From contig DAOMHQ010000003.1 in NCBI GenBank assembly GCA_035430965.1, positions 1 to 56,957 of the forward strand: 56,957 nt of DNA, given 5' to 3'. Numbering within the stretch: the stretch's first letter is position 1; each line of letters starts with the position of its first letter. Source of the DNA: a bacterium (GTDB lineage Bacteria > Hinthialibacterota > Hinthialibacteria > Hinthialibacterales > JAKPRU01). This document shows, piece after piece, positions 17,341 to 25,882 of the stretch. The position numbers and the translations under genes were made by a program. The notes below the pieces were generated by a model, which had not been told where the DNA came from, made no database searches, and worked only from the letters and a program-made list of their open reading frames with translations.

Positions 17341-18855
17341 ATGTCTCGAATGGTTCGTCGTGGCCACATGGTTCTCTTGTGGATGGTGTCGCTGGCAATT
17401 CTCGGTGTCATGGGGTTGGGCGTCCACTCCACTGTCATGGCAGTGGAGAACATCGAGACCAAGATGGAACAAAGCGATTTGTTCCTCGAAGTAATGGCAA
17501 CCATCGAGGAAAGCTATATTGAAGAGGACAAGACGAAGCCGGATGTTCTCATTGAAAAGGCCATCCAGGGCATGGTCGAGGGACTCGACCGATACAGCGT
17601 CTTCTTCACCCAGGAGGAAGCGAAGGAATTCAACGATCAGACACAGGGCGAATTCGAGGGACTCGGAATTCAGATCAACCTGACGGACGGATGGCTGACA
17701 GTCGTCCAGACTTTGCACGAAACGCCGGCAGAGCGCGCCGGCATTCTCGAAGGCGACCGGATTATCGAGATCGATGGCCAGGGAACGAAGGGGATCTCGC
17801 TGCAGGAAGCCGTCAAGAAACTCAAAGGTCCCAAAGGAACCAAGGTCAATCTGCGGATCGCACGTCGGTCGGAAACGCAATTGCTCACATTTGACGTGGA
17901 ACGCGATGTGATCAACCCCTCCGCGATCATCAATCCGAAAATGCTGGACAATGAAGTGGGCTACATGCGCCTGCAGGATTTCAGCAAGGATGCGGCCCGG
18001 GAACTGGAGAGATACATCCGTGAGCTCGAAGAGAAAGGAATGCGGGCGCTGGTCCTGGACCTGCGAGATAACTACGGCGGGCTTCTGGATGTCGCGGTGG
18101 ATGCATGCGATCTGTTCATCGAACGCGGCAAGGTCATTGTGACCTATCGGGGACGCGGGGATCAGATCAAGGAATACGTCGCGAAACGGGACCCGGTGGG
18201 GCACATCCTGCTGGCGGTCCTGGTGAATGAGTTCTCGGCGAGCGCCTCGGAAATCGTGGCGGGCTGTATGCAGGACTATAAGCGTGCGGTCATCGTCGGT
18301 TCGGCGGGTTCCATGCGGGACGGGAAACCGGACCCGCGCACATTCGGTAAAGGGTCCGTGCAGACGCTCATTCCGCTTTCCACAAAAGGCGGCCAGGGAG
18401 CCATGCTCAAACTGACCACGGCGAAGTATTACACGCCGAAAGAACGATCCATTTCGGACCTGGAAGGATTGACTCCCGACATCCTGGCGAATGTCACACC
18501 GGATGAGCACTATTCGATTCGTCTCAACCGCAAATACGGCGTGCTTCCGCCCAACGTGATGAAATCCGCCGGAATCCTGGAGCCGGTGGCCAAGAATCCT
18601 GCCGAAAATCCACAGCCACAGGAACCAAAGGAACCGGCACCGCAGACGGAGCCTCAACCCGTTCCGGAAGAACAGCCGAAGGATCTCACTCCAAGTGATA
18701 TCTTCAAGGAAGGCGCGCAGGACACTCTGCAGGAAGAACCCAAGGAAGAGGTCTTCGATACGGAGCTGCTGGCGGCCTATCAATCCCTCAAGACGGCATT
18801 GATCCTCATCGACAATCAGGCCGGGGAGGTCGGACTTGCACGTCCTGGGAATTGA
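17341..18855 (+). CDS. ctpA: Carboxy-terminal processing peptidase, family S41
   Basis: It has a PDZ domain (GLGIQINLTDGWLTVVQTLHETPAERAGILEGDRIIEIDG), an S41 core (LDLRDNYGGLLD, NEFSASASEI) and a P/E/Q-rich tail. AGGAGG lies upstream of the ATG at 17341. Confidence 0.9.
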   Translation: MSRMVRRGHMVLLWMVSLAILGVMGLGVHSTVMAVENIETKMEQSDLFLEVMATIEESYIEEDKTKPDVLIEKAIQGMVEGLDRYSVFFTQEEAKEFNDQTQGEFEGLGIQINLTDGWLTVVQTLHETPAERAGILEGDRIIEIDGQGTKGISLQEAVKKLKGPKGTKVNLRIARRSETQLLTFDVERDVINPSAIINPKMLDNEVGYMRLQDFSKDAARELERYIRELEEKGMRALVLDLRDNYGGLLDVAVDACDLFIERGKVIVTYRGRGDQIKEYVAKRDPVGHILLAVLVNEFSASASEIVAGCMQDYKRAVIVGSAGSMRDGKPDPRTFGKGSVQTLIPLSTKGGQGAMLKLTTAKYYTPKERSISDLEGLTPDILANVTPDEHYSIRLNRKYGVLPPNVMKSAGILEPVAKNPAENPQPQEPKEPAPQTEPQPVPEEQPKDLTPSDIFKEGAQDTLQEEPKEEVFDTELLAAYQSLKTALILIDNQAGEVGLARPGN

Positions 18856-19825
18856 TACCTCCTGCGACGATACCGGAGTAGCGATTGTCTCAAATGGGCG
18901 GAACATACGGTCCGCCCATTTGTCGTCTCAGGTGGAACTCCACCGCCCGTACGGTGGAGTGGTACCGGAGGTTGCCTCCCGCGCCCATGCGAATACTCTC
19001 TTGCCGCTTCTCCGACAGACCCTTAAGGATGCGGACCTTGATGCGCGGGATCTTGATGGCGTCGCAGTGACACAAGGTCCCGGCCTCGTGGGATGCCTGC
19101 TCGTTGGCATTGCGGTGGCCAAATCCTTCGCGTACGGCTGTGGCCTTCCGCTGGTGGGAGTCAATCATCTCAATGCGCATGTCTACAGCGCGATTTTTGC
19201 ATCGGAAGAGAAACCGGTGGATCATCCGCATGTCGCCCTGATCGTTTCGGGCGGTCATACAGCGGTCTACCTGGTTCAATCGTGGGAGAATATGGTTCGC
19301 CTGGCCTCCACCCGCGACGATGCAGCGGGAGAGGCGTTCGATAAAGTCGCCAACTTGTTGAATCTGGGCTATCCCGGCGGCCCGGTGATCGAAAGACGCG
19401 CGCAGCAGTGGGCAGGAGATTCGATTCCCTTCCCCCGCCCCCTGACCGGTCCGACGATGGCTTTCTCGTTCAGCGGCCTCAAAACCGCCGTGGCACGCTA
19501 TATCGAATCGCTCCCTTCTCTGTCGGATGCCGAGATCGACCGGATCTGCTGTTCCTTCCAGGCAGCCGTCGCCGGCAGCCTGGTGGAGAAAACCCTGATG
19601 GCCGCTCAACAGCATCGAGTAAAAACCATCACCCTGACCGGCGGAGTGGCCGCAAACCGGACGATTCGCGAGACCATGGCGAAGGCCGCCCGGTCGAATG
19701 GAATGCGCCTGGTGACACCCCCCGTATCCCTGTGCACTGACAACGGAGTGATGGTGGCCGGGCTGGGGACCATTCTGCTGGAGAAGGGATACCGGGCAGA
19801 ATGGGACATGGACGCGATGCCATGA
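18836..19825 (+). CDS. tsaD: tRNA N6-adenosine threonylcarbamoyltransferase
   Basis: VLGIDTSCDDTGVAIV...GGVVPEVASRAH...GVNHLNAH is the Kae1/TsaD signature. The TTG start is preceded by GGAGG and overlaps the ctpA end. Confidence 0.92.
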   Translation: MHVLGIDTSCDDTGVAIVSNGRNIRSAHLSSQVELHRPYGGVVPEVASRAHANTLLPLLRQTLKDADLDARDLDGVAVTQGPGLVGCLLVGIAVAKSFAYGCGLPLVGVNHLNAHVYSAIFASEEKPVDHPHVALIVSGGHTAVYLVQSWENMVRLASTRDDAAGEAFDKVANLLNLGYPGGPVIERRAQQWAGDSIPFPRPLTGPTMAFSFSGLKTAVARYIESLPSLSDAEIDRICCSFQAAVAGSLVEKTLMAAQQHRVKTITLTGGVAANRTIRETMAKAARSNGMRLVTPPVSLCTDNGVMVAGLGTILLEKGYRAEWDMDAMP

Positions 19826-20892
19826 CAGCGGACCCACGGACCTTCTACTCCACCGTTATGCTGGCTCCGATTGCCGGAGTCACCGACCGCGCGGCCCGGA
19901 CCATCGCGCGCGAGTCGGGATGCCCGCTTGCTTTTTCGGAATTGATCAGTGCAACCGGCATTGCTATGAGGAACCGGAAGACCCTGGCCATGCTCGAAAT
20001 CTGCCGGAACGAGCATCCCCTGGTGATCCAGATTTTCGGCAAGAATCCCATTCAAATGGAGGATGCGGCGAGACTCATCAGCGATATCGGTCCCGATGGG
20101 ATCGACCTGAACCTTGGATGCCCTGCGAAGAACGTGGTCAATCACGGCTCCGGCATCGCGCTCACTCGCGATCTTCCGCTTCTCGCCGAAATCATACGAA
20201 AAGTCCGAGGTGCTACTTCCCTGCCCTTTTCAGTCAAGATGCGAGCGGGCTGGAACGCGGAGGAAATCACCTTTCTCGAGGTGGCCCGTATTGCACAAGA
20301 GGAAGGCGTGGACGGCATGATCCTTCATGCGCGGACCCGTGCAATGGGCTTCACAGGAGAGGCTTTCTGGCCCTGGATCGGAGAACTGAAATCCGCCGTG
20401 ACTGTTCCCGTGGTCGGCAATGGTGATGTGCGGAATGGCCCATCTGCCGCACGAATGATCGCCGAAACCGGCTGCGATGGTGTCATGGTGGGGCGTGGCA
20501 GCTATGGGAATCCGTGGATCTTCGGGGAGATACGGCAATACCTCGCCACACAGGAATCGCCTCCCCCGGTGGGACTAGCCGAGCGAATCGAGGTGCTGGT
20601 TCGGCACATCCACCTGGTCGTAGAGGAAAAAGGGGAACCGAAGGGGGTCCACGAGATGCGAAAGCATGTTGGCTGGTATCTCAAGGGATATCCAACCGTC
20701 AAGGAAATGCGTCGCGTAGTCAATCACCTGGAGAAAACGGACGAGGTGGTTATTGCCCTGCAGGATTGGGCGAAAGATTTCCCGCCGGATTTGATACCCC
20801 TGCATACGGAGACCGAACCGGCATCACCGGACGGCCTGAGCCTCGGTATCGAAGATCGGGAAGGCATCGAGCAGGTGAGTGATCTCCAGTAA
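19822..20892 (+). CDS. dusB: tRNA-dihydrouridine synthase
   Basis: MLAPIAGVTDRAARTIARE...DLNLGCPAKNV...VMVGRGSYGNPWIF is the Dus family signature. The ATGA overlaps tsaD. Confidence 0.88.
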   Translation: MTADPRTFYSTVMLAPIAGVTDRAARTIARESGCPLAFSELISATGIAMRNRKTLAMLEICRNEHPLVIQIFGKNPIQMEDAARLISDIGPDGIDLNLGCPAKNVVNHGSGIALTRDLPLLAEIIRKVRGATSLPFSVKMRAGWNAEEITFLEVARIAQEEGVDGMILHARTRAMGFTGEAFWPWIGELKSAVTVPVVGNGDVRNGPSAARMIAETGCDGVMVGRGSYGNPWIFGEIRQYLATQESPPPVGLAERIEVLVRHIHLVVEEKGEPKGVHEMRKHVGWYLKGYPTVKEMRRVVNHLEKTDEVVIALQDWAKDFPPDLIPLHTETEPASPDGLSLGIEDREGIEQVSDLQ

Positions 20893-21150
20893 GTCCAGCA
20901 GCATCTGCTCCCGAATCTCACATAGAATCAATATCCCTCCCCCGCCTCGCGCCAATTGCATCCCTTCAATCAATGTTGCCAGGCCCGAACTGTCCATGTA
21001 CCGGACCTGGTTCAGATTCACCACAATCGACCCTTTGCCGGGATAGTGCTCCAACAGAATCTTCCGCAACTCCGGGGACGACTGGACATTGATGTCGCCG
21101 ACAGGCCGGAGAACAAACGCATTTGAGACGGATTCGTATTCGACTTGCAT
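20824..21150 (-). CDS. STAS-domain protein (anti-sigma-factor antagonist-like)
   Basis: This 108-aa protein has the SpoIIAA-like pattern VNLNQVRYMDSSGLATLIEGMQLAR...FPIFDTEAQA. No partner kinase or phosphatase lies nearby. Confidence 0.8.
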   Translation of the reverse strand: MQVEYESVSNAFVLRPVGDINVQSSPELRKILLEHYPGKGSIVVNLNQVRYMDSSGLATLIEGMQLARGGGGILILCEIREQMLLDLLEITHLLDAFPIFDTEAQAVR

Positions 21151-21247
21151 GATTCAACAAGAGTGACGGAAGAAAATAAAAAGCCTGGAGATTCGTAGCA
21201 GAAAACTCCCTGGTGTGGAAGGCACACAGCCCCACGAATACGGAAGT

Positions 21248-21856
21248 TTACTCTGATTTTGCCGATTCCTGTTTTTTCGGAGTATCTTCCTCCATCTTGA
21301 TCGGTTCCTTGTTCGTGACGGAGCCGATGTGCTTCTGAACAAGCGGCTCCAGCCGGGAACCACGCGCGAGCGTGTCGATCACTTTCCCATCGGGTCCGAT
21401 CAGAATGCACGTCGGAACACCACGGATCTTGTACAGGTCGCCGAATTTCCCCTGGTATTCGATGTCATCCAGGATCTGCCGCCAGGGGAGTTTTTTCTCT
21501 TTGATATAATCCAATGCTTCCTCAGGTTCGTCATCCTGCACAAGGCCGATGACCTCGAATCCCTGTTTCTGATATTTCTCATGGACTTTCAATACGATAG
21601 GCATCTCGGCCCTGCAAGGCGGGCACCAGCTCGCCCAGAAATCCAGAAGAACGAGTTTCCCTTCGTATTGTTTCAGGGATATCTTCTTTCCATTGATGTC
21701 CTTCGCCTCAAAGGGGATGGCCTGATCGCCCTTCTCCACCGCCAAACCCGACGCAGAAATCCCCAGCAGCCAGACCGCAACCAGAATGCCGGCGACCATC
21801 GCTCCCCATTGAAATTGCTTTCCTTTTTGAGACATATCATTCTCCTGTTTTTTCAT
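21248..21856 (-). CDS. TlpA-like thiol-disulfide oxidoreductase (thioredoxin fold, membrane-anchored)
   Basis: An N-terminal anchor (WGAMVAGILVAVWLLGI) precedes LVLLDFWASWCPPCRAEMP (CxxC). I chose the ATG at 21856 because the longer ORF-track start runs into the ruvC promoter region. Confidence 0.85.
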   Translation of the reverse strand: MKKQENDMSQKGKQFQWGAMVAGILVAVWLLGISASGLAVEKGDQAIPFEAKDINGKKISLKQYEGKLVLLDFWASWCPPCRAEMPIVLKVHEKYQKQGFEVIGLVQDDEPEEALDYIKEKKLPWRQILDDIEYQGKFGDLYKIRGVPTCILIGPDGKVIDTLARGSRLEPLVQKHIGSVTNKEPIKMEEDTPKKQESAKSE

Positions 21857-21915
21857 GTTCCACACATTTGATTGATATTTTAGTAAAATGAATTTTCCTG
21901 CAAAGGCAATATCAC

Positions 21916-21970
21916 GGGAGCGGTGGCATCTTGCCCCCGGTCTTGTCCCCGGAAGCATTGCCTCCCGAAA
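21916..21970. repeat. GC-rich intergenic repeat, family B
   Basis: GGGAGCGGTGGCATCTTGCCCCC plus flanking GC-rich sequence lies in the divergent tlpA-like/ruvC spacer. Confidence 0.55.
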
Positions 21971-21995
21971 CGAAACGGGATACCGTTCGCATGTC

Positions 21996-22514
21996 ATGAA
22001 CAGCAGAGAAACCGTGCGAGTATTGGGGATCGATCCGGGTGTGCGCGCCGTTGGATATGGTGTGATCGACGCACAGGGGCGGGATGCCAGGCTGGTGGCA
22101 GCCGGGACCATCGAGACGGATTCGAACGATTCCTTTCCCCAACGGCTTCTGACCATCCATCGTGGAATTGAAGAGGTCATTGCGAAGTACAAGCCCCACC
22201 GTATGGCCTGTGAGAAACTGGTTTATCACCGGAACGTTTCAATTGCTCTCGCACTGGGCCAGGCACGGGGGGCGGCGATTGTGGCAGGAGCACAGGCGGA
22301 TTTGCCGATGGATGAATTCAGCCCGACCGAAATCAAGAACGCCGTTGTCGGAAAAGGGCGTGCCGGCAAGAGCCAGGTCCAGAAGATGGTGCAGCTGCTG
22401 CTCGGACTTCCCGAACCGCCCGAATCGGAACACGCGGCGGACGCGCTAGCGGCCGCGCTGACTTATGTACACAGCCGAATCATGAAAGAAATCTGGTCGC
22501 GAGGAAGACGATGA
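21996..22514 (+). CDS. ruvC: Crossover junction endodeoxyribonuclease RuvC
   Basis: VLGIDPGVRAVGYGVID...P.EIKNAVVGKGRAGKSQVQKMVQ...HAADALAAAL is the RuvC signature. I chose the ATG at 21996. Confidence 0.92.
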   Translation: MNSRETVRVLGIDPGVRAVGYGVIDAQGRDARLVAAGTIETDSNDSFPQRLLTIHRGIEEVIAKYKPHRMACEKLVYHRNVSIALALGQARGAAIVAGAQADLPMDEFSPTEIKNAVVGKGRAGKSQVQKMVQLLLGLPEPPESEHAADALAAALTYVHSRIMKEIWSRGRR

Positions 22515-23122
22515 TCGCATTTCTCAACGGAGTACTGCGTGAAAAAAGCCAGGATCGCGCCGTCATCGACGTGGGGGGTGTAGGGTTCGAAATCGCCATC
22601 CCCTATTCGACATTCGGGAAACTGCCCTCCGTGGAGGAAAAGGCCTTAGTGTATACGGTGCTGGTGTTTCGCGAGGATGATGTCCGCCTGTTCGGATTCG
22701 CCACTCCCCAGGAAAAGGAATTATTCCAGACTCTCACGCAAGTGCCGGGGATCGGATTCAGAACACCTTTGGATATTCTCTCCACGTTTTCCCCAGAGGC
22801 ATTCGCAGCGGTCATCCAGGCCGGGGATCAACGTGGCTTGTGCCGTGTACCGGGCATCGGAAAAAAACGAGCGGAACGCCTGATTTTCGATTTAAAAGAC
22901 AAGGAATCGCTGTTGGCGCTGGGAAGAACAGCCGTCCGCCGGGAACCGACAGAAGGTCCCGCACCGATGTCCGGCGAAGCGTTCGAGGAAGCGGTACAGG
23001 CATTGATGGCACTCGGCTGCAAACCCTCGGTGGCCCATCGCGCGGTTAGTGAAGCCGTGGAGATCGTTGGCAAAGACAGCCCCGTCGAACCTCTCATCAA
23101 AGAAGCACTCAAGCATCGCTGA
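22511..23122 (+). CDS. ruvA: Holliday junction DNA helicase RuvA
   Basis: MIAFLNGVL...VIDVGGVGFEIAIP...LTQVPGIGFRT...VPGIGKKRAERLI has the OB fold, HhH motifs and domain III. The ATGA overlaps ruvC. No ruvB follows. Confidence 0.92.
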   Translation: MIAFLNGVLREKSQDRAVIDVGGVGFEIAIPYSTFGKLPSVEEKALVYTVLVFREDDVRLFGFATPQEKELFQTLTQVPGIGFRTPLDILSTFSPEAFAAVIQAGDQRGLCRVPGIGKKRAERLIFDLKDKESLLALGRTAVRREPTEGPAPMSGEAFEEAVQALMALGCKPSVAHRAVSEAVEIVGKDSPVEPLIKEALKHR

Positions 23123-23173
23123 ATGGAGAGTTTGACCGTTTTCCGGTTGTCCCTTTTGTCCCCTTTCATCCAC

Positions 23174-23704
23174 TCACAAATCCGCTGGAATCCCAATTTC
23201 CGGCAATCCCCGATACCGTTCCTGGTAATCCAGCCCATAGCCCACCACAAACTCCCGTGGGATCACGAATCCCAGGAAATCCGGTTTCGGCATCGGTGAA
23301 GATTCATATCCCTCTTTTGCCAGCAGGACACAGATTCGGAGAGACGCTGGTTTCATTTCCAGAAAATGCCTTTGTGCATATTCCAGGCTCTGACCCGTAT
23401 CCAGAATGTCCTCTACAAGAAGCACGTGTTGTCCGCGAAGATCCGGTACAGGCAATGCGTAGAAGTCCGGCTTTCCCTGCGGAACTGTTGCGTCGCGATA
23501 GCTGGACAACTGCAAGAAGTAAAACTCCGTGCTCGGCGGCAACTGCCGAACCAGATCGGACATGAAAATCACGGACCCTTTCAGAATGGAAATCAGAATC
23601 AACCGCGTGTCGCCATACAACGAAAGGATTTCGCGGGCCAGTTCGCTCACTCTCTGTCGGATCTGTTCTTGACTCAACACGACCTGTCTCAGGAAATCAT
23701 TCAT
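23174..23704 (-). CDS. hpt: Hypoxanthine phosphoribosyltransferase
   Basis: It has the PRPP-binding motif HVLLVEDILDTGQSL and a C-terminal VVGYGLDYQERYRGLPEIG. Confidence 0.9.
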   Translation of the reverse strand: MNDFLRQVVLSQEQIRQRVSELAREILSLYGDTRLILISILKGSVIFMSDLVRQLPPSTEFYFLQLSSYRDATVPQGKPDFYALPVPDLRGQHVLLVEDILDTGQSLEYAQRHFLEMKPASLRICVLLAKEGYESSPMPKPDFLGFVIPREFVVGYGLDYQERYRGLPEIGIPADL

Positions 23705-23705
23705 A

Positions 23706-24797
23706 TCAGGAACCGCTTTCGAGTTCGTTCAGTTGCTGTCGCTGTGCAACAAGATCCAGGACCTCCCGAATCTGCGGCTGGTCCGGTTTGATGCCGAGGG
23801 AGGTTCGGAGTTCCGTTTCGGCCAATGAGAACTGCCCTTTCCGTGCATACAACGCCGCCAGGAAATTATGCAGAGCAGGCGACTGCTCCGGAAGCGGTTT
23901 CTGTTTCTGTTGCTGCGCGACCAGGGCAAGAACTCGGATCGCCAGGTCTTCCTTTGATCTCTCCACGAGAACCTTTGCATACTCCAGCACAATGGAGGGC
24001 GATCTATCGAATGAACTCATGGCGCTCCTCAACGTACGCTCTGCGGACTGCATGTCTCCCATCGCCTGATGTGCCCGCGCAAGAAGTCGCCAGGCGTCTT
24101 CGTCTTCGCGGTCCAGTTTCGTCGCTTCCTCGGCATATAGAATACAGTCCTCCCATTCTTCCCGCTGCGCAGACAACCGAGCCATCGCAAGTTTCGCCCC
24201 CGGACTGTTCAGCGCTTCTTCGGGCAGTTCGGAGAGAATTCGATCCAAATTTGTCAGATCCGTCATCCTGCGAATCACCCGGAAAAACGACTCCACTGCA
24301 TCCCGGTTCCCCGGCTCGATTCGCAGTACCTCTCGAAATTCGTTCAGGACATCCGCATCCTCGGACCCGACATCAAACAAGAGATTCCCCCGGATCAAAT
24401 GATATTCGGCGGTCCGGCGCAGCTTGGAACCGCACCGCTCCATCATCTCATCGACATCGGCCACCTCACCGTAAACCAGAAAAATCCGGGCAATCAGAAA
24501 AATGAGGGGATCGTTCTCATCCACCAGGGGGATCGCTTCTCGAAGAACCTGCAGCCCTTTCTCCATGTCGTTCGTTTCCAGGTAGGCGTGCCCCAGGTTC
24601 ACGATCACCACCGGCGACACTCGGGTGGAATCCATCAGAGGCTGCAAAAGTCGGATGGCCTCATCGGGGTGACCGTTTTCAAGCGCGACAACCGCCTGTC
24701 CGTTCGTCTCCCGGAGATTCTTGTCCTCACACCCCACCAGCAGAAACAAGGCTGCCGATACGGCCAAAACTCGAATTCCCGTCTTTTTCAGATCCAT
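23706..24797 (-). CDS. TPR-repeat lipoprotein
   Basis: A lipobox (LFLLVGC) follows the signal peptide, and multiple TPR-like helical repeats run through the protein. It ends 1 nt before the hpt start. Confidence 0.75.
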   Translation of the reverse strand: MDLKKTGIRVLAVSAALFLLVGCEDKNLRETNGQAVVALENGHPDEAIRLLQPLMDSTRVSPVVIVNLGHAYLETNDMEKGLQVLREAIPLVDENDPLIFLIARIFLVYGEVADVDEMMERCGSKLRRTAEYHLIRGNLLFDVGSEDADVLNEFREVLRIEPGNRDAVESFFRVIRRMTDLTNLDRILSELPEEALNSPGAKLAMARLSAQREEWEDCILYAEEATKLDREDEDAWRLLARAHQAMGDMQSAERTLRSAMSSFDRSPSIVLEYAKVLVERSKEDLAIRVLALVAQQQKQKPLPEQSPALHNFLAALYARKGQFSLAETELRTSLGIKPDQPQIREVLDLVAQRQQLNELESGS

Positions 24798-24974
24798 TGT
24801 GGCTCTTCCAGGATGATTCTTCGGTCCACATGGGCAAAATGCCGTTTTCAGTATACCATAGATCGTGCTTCAATTTCATTCGGATACCGACCGTCGGATG
24901 CCGGTATCTCGAAAAAAAGTGGTGGACTCGGTAACCTCGCCTGGCAGCCGGGATCCCGCCCAAGGTGAACGAGC

Positions 24975-25877
24975 ATGGCCGGCTTTCGTTCCTGGGACCG
25001 TGAATCCCATACTCATGCGCGCGATGCAGAACACGATCGCCAACAGGAAGAATTCATCGCGCGTAAGAGCTATGAAATCTACCAGAAAGTCTCCAGGCAG
25101 GCCGAGCAGGAAACCGAAACGCTGCTCAGCCCTATCGCTTCCCTCCGCACAGGGAAGTTGGAGGATCCCGGGGACATCGAACGCCTCAACGAGGCGCTCG
25201 CCAAAGCCACCTCCCATTTGCGCTCCAAGCAGCGTATTCAACAGCTGCTCCAGGACGGGGTTTCCGATGAAGCGATGCGCAACTCATCGAAGATGCTCCT
25301 GGAATTCAACTCCATGATCGTGGGGTATCAGAATCGCCTGGACGATTTCAAAAACAAAATTCCGGAGATCATTCAGTCATTGGAACAGGAGCGAAAGCGC
25401 AAGGGAATTCCCGGTGTCGCATTGCTCAAAATTAACTCGAAGATCAGCCAGCTTCAACAACTCGTTCCGGATTTGCAGGAGAAGATCGCCCAGGCCCAAG
25501 CCGACCGAGATCGCCTTCTGAACGATTTCTCGGAAGCGGTTCGGGAAGCTGCCATTTTTCGAATCAAACTTTCCCGGTTGCTCGATTCACTCGATCTGGC
25601 ACTTCGTGAAAGCCGCACCCAGAGTGTCCTGATCTGCTCCTGTTGCGTTCAAATGGCCCTGGCGTTGCACAAACAGCCCTTTGAATTCAATCTCGACCAG
25701 GCAGGCCAAACCTACACCCTGTCAGAAGCACAAACCGTGAGAGAAGATACGGAACGCAACGAATGGGATGGAGTGCGCCGTGTCCGGGAAGCTCAGAAAC
25801 GCCTGAAAATCATGGATCGCATCCTCTCCGAAAAGCCCGAATCGGTGGGAAAAGGCGATGACGCCGTCTTTCTGTGA
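24975..25877 (+). CDS. Hypothetical coiled-coil protein
   Basis: This 300-aa ORF is heptad-rich and charged (QRIQQLLQDG, LQEKIAQAQADRDRLLNDF). I see no TM segment, signal peptide or recognisable family. Confidence 0.45.
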   Translation: MAGFRSWDRESHTHARDAEHDRQQEEFIARKSYEIYQKVSRQAEQETETLLSPIASLRTGKLEDPGDIERLNEALAKATSHLRSKQRIQQLLQDGVSDEAMRNSSKMLLEFNSMIVGYQNRLDDFKNKIPEIIQSLEQERKRKGIPGVALLKINSKISQLQQLVPDLQEKIAQAQADRDRLLNDFSEAVREAAIFRIKLSRLLDSLDLALRESRTQSVLICSCCVQMALALHKQPFEFNLDQAGQTYTLSEAQTVREDTERNEWDGVRRVREAQKRLKIMDRILSEKPESVGKGDDAVFL

Positions 25878-25882
25878 TTCGG

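Noticed and set aside
17323-18906. A 527-aa ORF on the minus strand, fully antisense to the S41 protease gene.
   Set aside because: The plus-strand frame has clear PDZ and S41 motifs. The antisense translation is low-complexity (R, H, Q, F, L rich) with no recognisable domain. It is a shadow ORF caused by stop-codon depletion opposite a GC-rich coding frame.
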